A stretch of 44,664 nucleotides of DNA. Origin: an uncultured Desulfobacteraceae bacterium. Lineage in GTDB: Bacteria > Desulfobacterota > Desulfobacteria > Desulfobacterales > CAZHA01. Shown one piece after another: positions 26,452-34,749 of this stretch. Every line of letters starts with the position of its first letter. Within the stretch, counting starts at the first letter, position 1. The notes under the pieces are model-generated. The model saw only the letters and a program-made list of their open reading frames with translations. It did not search any database and was not told the DNA's origin. The stretch covers positions 1-44,664 of the forward strand of contig CAZNFS010000004.1 of the NCBI GenBank assembly GCA_964572695.1. The letters run 5' to 3'. The translations under genes were made by a program, and so were the position numbers.

Positions 26452-27822
26452 CTAGCTCTCATCGCGTTTAAGGATCTGATGGCTTACGAGGATTTCAAGG
26501 GCACGCATGACTTGATAATCCGATTGAAGCCTTTCCATTTCAAGAGGGACATGCTTAAATTCCATCCGGCGTATAGGGGATGGCTTTTTTTTCTCGGCCG
26601 GAGCTTTGACGTCGGTGGTCTCCTTTGCATCCGTTTTCGGTTCGGCTTCAAGATGATTTTTGAGGTCTTTTTCCTTTAAAAGACCTTCCGGCTTTGCCGC
26701 TGTTTGCGCATCTTCGATTGGTTTTTGCACTACCTCGATGTCCGGTAAGATCCCCTGGGCCTGGATAGATTTGCCGCTGGGTGTATAATACCTGGCGATC
26801 GTTAATTTAAGCCCGTATCCTCCGCGCAGGGTTTCCACGGTCTGTACCGATCCTTTGCCAAAAGATGTGGTTCCAAGTAAGAGCGCACGTTTATTGTCCT
26901 GCAGGGCACCGGCAACGATTTCCGAAGCACTGGCACTTCCGCTGTTGATAAGAACCACCATCGGATAGGTCCGTTTGGTTTTGCCGGGCTTTGCCTTGAA
27001 AACTTTGGTGTGCCTTTTCAAGCGGCCTTTAATCGAGACAATCGTGCCTTTTTCAAGGAAAAGATCCGAAATTCGGACCGCCTGATTGAGGAGCCCACCA
27101 GGGTTATCCCGCAGATCAAGGATGAGTCCTTTAAGCGGAACCGTGGCGGTCTCGAGTCCGGTTAAGGCCCGGTCGAGGTCCTGGACCGTGCTGCCACGAA
27201 AGTTTGTGATCCAGACATAACCAATACCGGGTTTCAAAACGAGGGCTTTGACACTTTCAAGTGGAATAATATCGCGGATTAATTTGAAATGTATGGGTTC
27301 ATCAACTTCGGGACGCATAATGGTAAGTTCTACCGGAGCCCCTTTGACTCCCCGCATCTTGCGAACGGCTTCCCATAGCATCATATCTTTTGTCGGTTGA
27401 CCGTCGACCTCGATAATTTTATCGCCGGCCATGATCCCGGCCTTGTAAGCCGGAGTCCCCACAATGGGCGAAATAACGGTAATATTACCATTTTTCATGG
27501 TTATGACGATCCCGATGCCGCCAAATTCACCCTCCGTGTCCATATGCAGTTCTTGAAGGGCTTCGGGGGGGAGAAACGAAGAATGGGGGTCAAGGCTGTT
27601 GACCATGCCATGAATCGCTTTGAGAATAGTATCCTTGCTATCGACTTCGTCCACATAGTTTTTTTCGATCAGTTCGACAACATCGGAAAAAATCTTCAGC
27701 CCTTTGTAAGTTTCATCGCTGCTGGCGGAGAGATCCCGGTAAAAACCTGATCCGGCCAGCCAGAATAATACCGCAATCAGGATTAACCACAGCTTGGCAT
27801 TACATTTGAGTTTCGTTGGCAT
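26452..27822 (-). CDS. ctpA: S41 family C-terminal processing protease
   Basis: 'LDPHS', PDZ 'GEFGGIG', 'LDLRDNPGGLL', catalytic 'SASASEIVAGALQD', 'FGKGSVQ', 'ARYYTPSG'. Confidence 0.95.
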   Translation of the reverse strand: MPTKLKCNAKLWLILIAVLFWLAGSGFYRDLSASSDETYKGLKIFSDVVELIEKNYVDEVDSKDTILKAIHGMVNSLDPHSSFLPPEALQELHMDTEGEFGGIGIVITMKNGNITVISPIVGTPAYKAGIMAGDKIIEVDGQPTKDMMLWEAVRKMRGVKGAPVELTIMRPEVDEPIHFKLIRDIIPLESVKALVLKPGIGYVWITNFRGSTVQDLDRALTGLETATVPLKGLILDLRDNPGGLLNQAVRISDLFLEKGTIVSIKGRLKRHTKVFKAKPGKTKRTYPMVVLINSGSASASEIVAGALQDNKRALLLGTTSFGKGSVQTVETLRGGYGLKLTIARYYTPSGKSIQAQGILPDIEVVQKPIEDAQTAAKPEGLLKEKDLKNHLEAEPKTDAKETTDVKAPAEKKKPSPIRRMEFKHVPLEMERLQSDYQVMRALEILVSHQILKRDES

Positions 27823-27835
27823 GGGTGTTCTCCTT

Positions 27836-29254
27836 TTAACCTTTTTTTATCCAAATAAGAGGATTTATGGGGTTGCCATGATGGCGCACTTCAAAATGGA
27901 GTTTGGAACCTATCATGGAACCGGATTCGCCGACGGTGGCAATGACTTCGTCGGTCTCAACCCTATCCCCCTTTTGCTTAAACAGTTCTTCGGTGTGCGC
28001 ATACACCGTATAATAATTATTCCCATGATCGATGATGATCATATTGCCGTAGCCCTTGAACCAGTCGGCGAAAATGATTCGGCCCGAATAGACCGCATGC
28101 ACCGAATCGCCCTTGTCGGCTTTGATATCAATGCCGCGTTGAAAATTGGTAATGTTATATTTTGGGTCGACATATCGCCCGAAACGCGCAACTATTTTAC
28201 CGTTGACCGGCATCCGAAGCAACCCTTTAGAATCGACAAAAGGCTTTGGGGGTTCTTTGAGGCGTGTTTGGGCGGCCTCTTTTTGGGTTAAATACTGAAT
28301 GGTCTGGTTCAGTTCTTGCGAGGCCTGTGTTAAAGCACCGATAGCGGCCTTTTCCAGAGCGGTTTGATTGCGGATGATTTTCAGAATTTTATTCCGTTTG
28401 GCTCTTTCAAACGATATGTCATTAATTTGCCTTTTTAAGTCCGATTCAAGCTTCAGCTTGGCCGTTTTATGATCATTAAGCGATTTCAAAAGCTGGGCCA
28501 GACGGGTCTTGTCCGTATTTAAATTGTCCAGCATGCGTTCGTCCTGGGCAAGTATCCGTTCGATGGCATTTTTTCGTCTTAAAAGCTCATACATTGATTC
28601 CGCCGATGCCAAAAGGGTTATTTTGCCCAGCCAATTCAGTTTGTAAAGGGCCACAAGACGTTTGGAAGCTTTGATTTCACGGATTTTGATATCCTTATTC
28701 AGAGTTTCGGAACGTTTGGAGGATCGAACTATTTTCTGATCGAGCGTTTTTTTTTCGGATTTGGCGGCCGCAATCTTTTGACGCGCCTGATTGAGTGTAA
28801 GGTCAAACCGGTTTAACGTATTTAGAATAGCCGTCTCCTTCTGAGCGGATGCCTTCAGCTCGGATTCGAATTTTTCAATTTCCTGATCCAATTCCTGGGA
28901 TTGATCTTTTAAGCGTTTAATTTCGCTGGTTTCGCTGGGAGAAGTCGCGCCGGCAATGATCCGCACAAATCGTTGATTATCTTTAATATATCCTTGCAGA
29001 CCCTGATGATTGATTTTAAGCCATCCCTCGACCTGCTTCAGAATGAGGACCTTATCCCCTTTCTGCAATAACCTCAATCGCGGTGCGCTCAATAAAGGCC
29101 CCTGCCGCATATTCAGATTGCCGACCTTGATGATACCGACGGTCCCGGAACCGCCCAGAGTCATATTAGACGGCCATAAAAGGAGCATCAGCCCGACGAC
29201 AGGACCTATTGTTTTTTGAAGAATTGTTTGAGAGAGAGAAAACACCCTAGCCAC
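27836..29254 (-). CDS. EnvC-like murein hydrolase activator (SH3b + coiled coil + M23)
   Basis: N-terminal SH3b 'LNMRQGP...GWLKI', long coiled coil, M23 'QRGIDI', 'GYGNMIIIDHG', 'LHFEVR'. The first Zn-ligand His is absent, as in EnvC. Start uncertain. Confidence 0.88.
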   Translation of the reverse strand: MARVFSLSQTILQKTIGPVVGLMLLLWPSNMTLGGSGTVGIIKVGNLNMRQGPLLSAPRLRLLQKGDKVLILKQVEGWLKINHQGLQGYIKDNQRFVRIIAGATSPSETSEIKRLKDQSQELDQEIEKFESELKASAQKETAILNTLNRFDLTLNQARQKIAAAKSEKKTLDQKIVRSSKRSETLNKDIKIREIKASKRLVALYKLNWLGKITLLASAESMYELLRRKNAIERILAQDERMLDNLNTDKTRLAQLLKSLNDHKTAKLKLESDLKRQINDISFERAKRNKILKIIRNQTALEKAAIGALTQASQELNQTIQYLTQKEAAQTRLKEPPKPFVDSKGLLRMPVNGKIVARFGRYVDPKYNITNFQRGIDIKADKGDSVHAVYSGRIIFADWFKGYGNMIIIDHGNNYYTVYAHTEELFKQKGDRVETDEVIATVGESGSMIGSKLHFEVRHHGNPINPLIWIKKG

Positions 29255-30087
29255 CCTATAATCATGCTACACAAAAGAATTCCGGTCACAATTTCGAAAG
29301 GAAGGAAGCGGATACTCAATATGGCTGGTGAGAGCCCCTGCCCCACTTTTGACGATACGATGGCAAAGGTAATATAAAGACCGGTCAAGCCGATGATGCC
29401 TCCTAAAAATCCCTGGATAAGTCCTTCGATATAAAAAGGGGTTTTTATAAAACGGTCGGTGGCCCCCACCAGACGCATGATTTCCATCTCTTCGCGTCGG
29501 GAGTAAAGCACCAAACGGATCGTATTGGCGACGATAAAAACGGTCGCCATAAAAAATAAACCGCCCAGCCCAAAACCGGCAAAACGAAACAGGTTGAAAA
29601 GATTGGTAAAACGGCCAAGCCATTTCTGCCCGTATTCGACCTCGCGCACAGAGGGAAGCGAAGCGATCCGATCGGCAAGGTGGGCTGTTTTTGCGTCGCT
29701 CTGCCCCAGGGTTTCGTGTTGAATCTCAAAGGCACTTGGAAGCGGGTTTGTTTCTAAGTCATCCAAAAGAGATGACTGGCCCTTGACCTGTTCTTTCAAA
29801 ATCAGCAGGGCTTCTTCTTTGGAAATAAACCGCGCGTTTAGGACGCCCGGCAATTTTGAGATGGCATCTCTTAGATGGAGAATTTCCGTTTCTTGGACAT
29901 TGGGATCCAAATAGGCCATGATGCGGATGCCCTTTTTCCAGGTGTTCATCAAATCGCCGACGTTCAGGAAAAAAAGGGCAAAAGCACTGACAATCAGGAT
30001 AGAAAGGGCAATCGTTATGATAGTAATGGTGTTTAAATACCTGTTTTTGAGGATATCCTTAATCGCTCTTTTTAGAAACAGTGTCAT
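29206..30087 (-). CDS. ftsX: Cell division permease FtsX
   Basis: 4 TM segments, 'NPLP', 'NTIRL...RREEMEIMRLVGATDRFIKTPF...EG'. Confidence 0.93.
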   Translation of the reverse strand: MTLFLKRAIKDILKNRYLNTITIITIALSILIVSAFALFFLNVGDLMNTWKKGIRIMAYLDPNVQETEILHLRDAISKLPGVLNARFISKEEALLILKEQVKGQSSLLDDLETNPLPSAFEIQHETLGQSDAKTAHLADRIASLPSVREVEYGQKWLGRFTNLFNLFRFAGFGLGGLFFMATVFIVANTIRLVLYSRREEMEIMRLVGATDRFIKTPFYIEGLIQGFLGGIIGLTGLYITFAIVSSKVGQGLSPAILSIRFLPFEIVTGILLCSMIIGWLGCFLSLKQFFKKQ

Positions 30088-30092
30088 CGGGT

Positions 30093-30779
30093 TTAATCGC
30101 TATAGCCGGCCAAACGCCCATCTTTTAAATGGATAACGCGGCCCTGAATTTGACTGATCAGTTCCATGTCATGCGTGGCAATGATGACCGTCGCCCCTCG
30201 TGAGTGGAAGGTCCTGAGAAGGTTCACAATAATACCGGCTGAGTCTGCATCCAGACTCCCTGTGGGTTCATCGGCCAGAATTATTTTGGGATCTCCGGCA
30301 ACCGCCCGGGCAACTGCAATCCGCTGTTGTTCGCCCCCGGACAGACTGGGCGGAAAGGCGTTGCTGCGGTCCTCCATTCCTACCGTTCGTAAAAGACTCC
30401 TGACTTTTTTGTGCACTAAACTTCTTTTTTTCCCGAGGGCTTCCAAAACCAAAGCAATGTTTTCAAATATTGTTTCGGTTGGGATCAATTTGTAATCTTG
30501 AAACACAATGCCGAATTTGCGTCGCAGATAGGGGATGCGGCGGGGGTGAATCCGTGAAAGATTGACGCCGTCGACCAGAATCTGTCCCTCGGAAACCGGT
30601 TCACCCAGATACATAAGCTTCATAAGGGTGGTTTTGCCGGCACCGCTGGGACCGGTAATGAAAATAAATTCATTTTTTAAAATATCGAGCGTGATGTCGG
30701 AGAGAGCACTCTTGGCGCCATAACTCCTACCAACATGGAACGTTCGGATAATAGCGGTCTGGTTGTCTGCCTGATTCAT
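30093..30779 (-). CDS. ftsE: Cell division ATP-binding protein FtsE
   Basis: 'GPSGAGKTT', 'IPYLRRKFGIVFQDYKL', 'LSGGEQQR', 'LADEPTG'. ATG 30779 overlaps the upstream TolC-family stop; alternative start 30794. Confidence 0.93.
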   Translation of the reverse strand: MNQADNQTAIIRTFHVGRSYGAKSALSDITLDILKNEFIFITGPSGAGKTTLMKLMYLGEPVSEGQILVDGVNLSRIHPRRIPYLRRKFGIVFQDYKLIPTETIFENIALVLEALGKKRSLVHKKVRSLLRTVGMEDRSNAFPPSLSGGEQQRIAVARAVAGDPKIILADEPTGSLDADSAGIIVNLLRTFHSRGATVIIATHDMELISQIQGRVIHLKDGRLAGYSD

Positions 30780-32101
30780 TCCATTACTTCCCAACCCATT
30801 GCCCGATACAGGGTCGCCTTGGCAATTTTAAAATCATAAAGGGCATTATAGTAATTTGTCATAATGCGGGAAAGCAAGGTTTGAGCATCTAAGACATCCG
30901 TAGATGTAGCAACCTGTTCTTTGTAACGTTCCTGGTTAATACGAAAGTTTTCTTTGGCCTGCTCAATGGCTTTTTGTACGGCCAAAATATTTTTTTCAGA
31001 TTCTCGTGTTTTGAGGTAAGCCTGTTTGACCTCCAGTCGAATACGGTCTAAAAGATCCTGTTTTTTTTGCTTTGCCTGGGAGAGCCGATGACGCTTTTCT
31101 TTACGTCCATAATAAGACTTGCCCCCTTCCCAGAGCGTCCATTGGGCTGTGGCCGCAAGGCTCCAGCCGTCCGGATCGGAAACACCGGTGGTGCCGGTTA
31201 AATTCCAGTCATTTCCGATCTCATAATACGTTCCCGTAAGATTCAGAGTGGGCAGGAAATCCTTCTGGGTTAGTTTTACTTTTTTAGCAGCGATGTCGAT
31301 ATCCACATCGGCGATCTTAACCTCGGTACGATTTTCGAGCGCTTCAATAAAACATTCATCCCAGCCATATTGAACGGGGGTATAGGTTAAAATGTCCTGG
31401 ATAACAACCGGTTCACTCAGGGAGCGGCGTAGAAGCGTATTAAAGCCGGCCTGGGCCAGTTCAAGGTTGTTTTGAGCCACCACCAGTCCTTGTTCGGCAT
31501 TGGCCAGTTCCACCTGGGCTTGAAGATAATCGTTTAAGGGGGTCATGCCGACTTCATAAAAACTTTTAGCCACATCCTTATGCGCCGTAATCTGGGTCAG
31601 GGTGTCTTTTGAGACCTTGAGCAGCTTTTGGGTTTTCAGGATCGTAAAATAGGCTTTCTTGGCTTCAAGCACAATCTCTCGCCGTACCATCCGCTGCGCA
31701 AGTTCCGCCGCATCAAGCCCCAGGCCGGCTATTTTGTACTGGTTTAGAATGGCAAATCCCATAAAAAGCGGCTGACTGACGCTGGCTGAAAACGTGTAAT
31801 TATCTAGAAATCGGGTAACCCCGAAAAGAGTGGAACGCAATTCTTCATCAAAGCGTTCGTATTGATAGGCCACATTAAACGAAGGCAAAAAAGCGGCCCG
31901 GCTCGATTTTTTCAGGGCATCGGCGGCTGCGATTTCTTCGACGGATATCTTGAGCTGAATATTGGCATCAATCGCATTTTGGATGGTTTGCTCCAGGGAA
32001 AGCGCCCCTTCAGCGTCCGATGCCTTGACAGGGCCGCTGTATATACAGATTCGGCTAATAAAAAAGAAAAAAATGAACAATCGCAATGGGTTTGTTTTCA
32101 T
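30776..32101 (-). CDS. TolC family outer membrane channel
   Basis: Signal peptide, 'LSLEQTIQNAI', two OEP repeats ('FLPSFN'/'FLPTLN'), 'DVLDAQ', 'LYRAMG'. Confidence 0.9.
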   Translation of the reverse strand: MKTNPLRLFIFFFFISRICIYSGPVKASDAEGALSLEQTIQNAIDANIQLKISVEEIAAADALKKSSRAAFLPSFNVAYQYERFDEELRSTLFGVTRFLDNYTFSASVSQPLFMGFAILNQYKIAGLGLDAAELAQRMVRREIVLEAKKAYFTILKTQKLLKVSKDTLTQITAHKDVAKSFYEVGMTPLNDYLQAQVELANAEQGLVVAQNNLELAQAGFNTLLRRSLSEPVVIQDILTYTPVQYGWDECFIEALENRTEVKIADVDIDIAAKKVKLTQKDFLPTLNLTGTYYEIGNDWNLTGTTGVSDPDGWSLAATAQWTLWEGGKSYYGRKEKRHRLSQAKQKKQDLLDRIRLEVKQAYLKTRESEKNILAVQKAIEQAKENFRINQERYKEQVATSTDVLDAQTLLSRIMTNYYNALYDFKIAKATLYRAMGWEVME

Positions 32102-32227
32102 CTTATGGCCTGATTAAGCATGTTATCATCAATTTGTCATTTCGGAATTTCGAATTGACCTATGCGGTCATTACTAGTAAAAGCCGGATGAGAGTTCAGG
32201 GAGGGCCGCCCTCGGTTTTTCTTGCTC

Positions 32228-32283
32228 AAAGCCTCCACTGAATCCCACAAACAGGCTTCTTCCATTTCAGTGGGGGCTTTTTT
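32228..32283 (+). terminator. Strong intrinsic terminator-like hairpin in the tolC/pyrE divergent region
   Basis: AAAGCCTCCACTGAA...TTCAGTGGGGGCTTT followed by TTT. The single non-Watson-Crick pair is U-G on the + strand. Confidence 0.65.
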
Positions 32284-32297
32284 ACCTGATTCTTGCC

Positions 32298-32326
32298 TTG
32301 AAATCAACCATTTATTCCGGTAGAAT
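32298..32326 (+). promoter_or_regulatory. Sigma70-type promoter for pyrE
   Basis: TTGAAA, 17-bp spacer, TAGAAT. Confidence 0.6.
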
Positions 32327-32388
32327 CAAGCCTCAAATCAAACCTTTTATAACGACCGCTACCCAAATCGATTTTCAAAAGGACCCTC

Positions 32389-32958
32389 ATGAAACAGGAA
32401 CTCATCAAATTATTGCGGCACAAGTCAGTCCGGTATAGTCCCACACCCAAATTCAGACTGGTATCCGGCCGGGAAAGCCGATTCTACGTTAATTGTAAAC
32501 CGACGACGCTGGATCCGAGAGGTATGTTCCTCGTCGGGCATCTGGTATTTGAAGAGATTCGAAATCAGGCCGTCGACTGTGTCGGGGGGCTCACTTTTGG
32601 TGCCGACCCGATAGCCGTTGCGACGGCTTTTGCCTCGGGGCTGATAAACCAGCCCGTTGCGGCCTTTTCTATTCGTAAAACCCGAAAGGATCACGGGATT
32701 ATCAAGTGGATTGAAGGTGATGTTAAACCGGGGATGCGGGCCGTGATCATTGATGATGTTGCCACCACGGGGGGATCAACGATCAAAGCGATCGAACGGG
32801 CCCGGGCCGAAGGGCTGGAAGTCGTCAAAGCCGTCATATTGGTCGATCGCCAGGAGGGGGGTCTCGATAATATCCGTCAGCACGTGGCGGACGTGACGGC
32901 CATTGTGACAAAAGCAGAGCTGGTTCCCGAATTAAGCAGTAAAAAAGAGCAAACATAA
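32389..32958 (+). CDS. pyrE: Orotate phosphoribosyltransferase
   Basis: '[16 protein letters not shown]', 'GLTFGADPI', 'RKTRKDHG', PRPP motif '[11 protein letters not shown]'. Confidence 0.95.
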   Translation: MKQELIKLLRHKSVRYSPTPKFRLVSGRESRFYVNCKPTTLDPRGMFLVGHLVFEEIRNQAVDCVGGLTFGADPIAVATAFASGLINQPVAAFSIRKTRKDHGIIKWIEGDVKPGMRAVIIDDVATTGGSTIKAIERARAEGLEVVKAVILVDRQEGGLDNIRQHVADVTAIVTKAELVPELSSKKEQT

Positions 32959-32995
32959 CCGTGAACCTTTGGACCCGTGAACGACTGCCCGGGGT

Positions 32996-33373
32996 TTAAG
33001 GTGTTGGGATATAGGTAGCACAGGCGTCATCCGATTCCCAGGCGGTTACCCGGGAGATCCGGACGGCAGGATCGGAAAAGACGGATTGAAGGCGGATGGC
33101 AATATGTTTGGCGATATTCTCCGAGGAGGGTGGATTGTTGTCACCAAACCACTCAAGCTCGTTTAGAAAGGAATGATCAAGGCCCTGTATAATTTCTCTG
33201 ATGTGTTTTTTAGCCAGACCAAAGTCGATCAGCACGCCGGCCTTATTTAATTGCTCGCCGGCTAAATAAACTTCGATCTTCCAGTTATGTCCGTGCAGGT
33301 TTTCACACTGTTTGGCCACCATCTTCAGTTGGTGGGCGGCGGCAAAACGTGTGACCATTTTTAATTCAAACAT
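32996..33373 (-). CDS. queD: 6-carboxytetrahydropterin synthase
   Basis: 'FAAAHQL', 'CENLHGHNW', 'LDHSFLNE', 'PSSENIA', 'WES'. Confidence 0.93.
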   Translation of the reverse strand: MFELKMVTRFAAAHQLKMVAKQCENLHGHNWKIEVYLAGEQLNKAGVLIDFGLAKKHIREIIQGLDHSFLNELEWFGDNNPPSSENIAKHIAIRLQSVFSDPAVRISRVTAWESDDACATYIPTP

Positions 33374-33384
33374 GGTCTTATCCG

Positions 33385-34509
33385 TCAGTTCCGAAGCCCG
33401 TCGGCCCTGGCCGGATTTCCTTTCAGAATGTTTTTTAGCTTGCTGGATAGTTTGTTCTTTTCAAGTTTGGCGAATTCCCTGAGCAAGGCGACCTGTTTTT
33501 TGGTCAGATGTGTCGGTGTGTGGATGTCGACTTGGATGATTTGGTCGCCCCTTCGGCGGCTCTGAAGAGAGGGGATTCCCTCGCCCGTAAAACGGAAAAT
33601 ATCACCGGGCTGGGTGCCTTTTGGAATTTCAAGAATTTTTTCACCGTCGAGGGTCTGTACGGATATCTTATCTCCCAACGCCGCCTGAACAAAGCCGATG
33701 GGTACACGACAGAAAACATCGGTGTCGCTGCGTTCAAAAAATTCATGCGCTTCGACACGAACAAAGACATAGAGATCTCCCGCCGGTCCACCATGCCCCC
33801 CGGCTTCGCCTTCGCCCGTTAGTCGGAGTCTTGAACCGTTATCAACACCGGCCGGAATCTTAACGGAGACCCTTTTACGGATCAGCACCTGTCCGTTGCC
33901 GCTGCACTTAGCGCAAGGATGAGTGATCATCTGGCCGTTTCCATGACAGATCGGGCAAGTGGTTCTAACTGAAAAAAAACCCTGCGTGCGCGTCACTTGG
34001 CCCTGTCCCTGGCAATGTTTGCAGGTTTCCGGATGGGTGCCGGGCTCACAGCCGTGCCCTTCGCAAACCGGGCATTGCTCGTTTTTTTCGACATCAATTT
34101 CAGTTTCGGTTCCAAAGGCCGCCTGCATGAAACTGAGCACGAGATCATATCTGAGATCGGCGCCGCGCTGAACGCGGGTTTGCGATCTTCTCCCGGAGCC
34201 GAATCCAAAAAAATCTTCGAAAATATCGCCGAAACTTGAGAAAATGTCTTCAAAACCACCAAATCCCGAAAAACCCGTCCCTTCCAGCCCCCGATGTCCA
34301 TACTGATCATAGAGGTTTCGTTTCTGAGGATCGTGTAAGACCCCATACGCTTCGGCCGCCTCCTTGAATTTTTCTTCGGCGGCTTTGTCTCCGGGGTTGC
34401 GGTCAGGATGGTGCTTTAAGGCGAGTTTGCGATAGCTGGCCTTTAACTCATCATCGCTAGCATTGCGGCTTGTGCCGAGAACTTCGTAATAATCCCGTTT
34501 ATTGGCCAT
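33385..34509 (-). CDS. dnaJ: Chaperone DnaJ
   Basis: J-domain 'DYYEVLG...HPDRN', G/F region, four CxxCxGxG repeats, 'KIPAGVD'. Confidence 0.97.
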   Translation of the reverse strand: MANKRDYYEVLGTSRNASDDELKASYRKLALKHHPDRNPGDKAAEEKFKEAAEAYGVLHDPQKRNLYDQYGHRGLEGTGFSGFGGFEDIFSSFGDIFEDFFGFGSGRRSQTRVQRGADLRYDLVLSFMQAAFGTETEIDVEKNEQCPVCEGHGCEPGTHPETCKHCQGQGQVTRTQGFFSVRTTCPICHGNGQMITHPCAKCSGNGQVLIRKRVSVKIPAGVDNGSRLRLTGEGEAGGHGGPAGDLYVFVRVEAHEFFERSDTDVFCRVPIGFVQAALGDKISVQTLDGEKILEIPKGTQPGDIFRFTGEGIPSLQSRRRGDQIIQVDIHTPTHLTKKQVALLREFAKLEKNKLSSKLKNILKGNPARADGLRN

Positions 34510-34749
34510 TGAACTCTTGTGTCTGCATTTTAAAGTAGCGGTGTCTGTGTGTGTTTAAAAAAGCCTCATATGAATGAGGCTGGGACAATTAATTCAATAA
34601 ACTAATACATATCCAAGGCTTGTCAATGCTCAAAATGCAACCGGGGGACCACTGCGTTAATTCGGCCAAGAGGCCATATTTTTTGGTATATAATTGGAAA
34701 AGGTTGTGGTATGACGACTGAATAATCGACCGTTTTGAGGACATAAGAG

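Noticed and set aside
32185-32388. PyrR-binding attenuator upstream of pyrE
   Set aside because: I found no convincing match to the PyrR loop consensus, and the best pyrE promoter lies downstream of the terminator.
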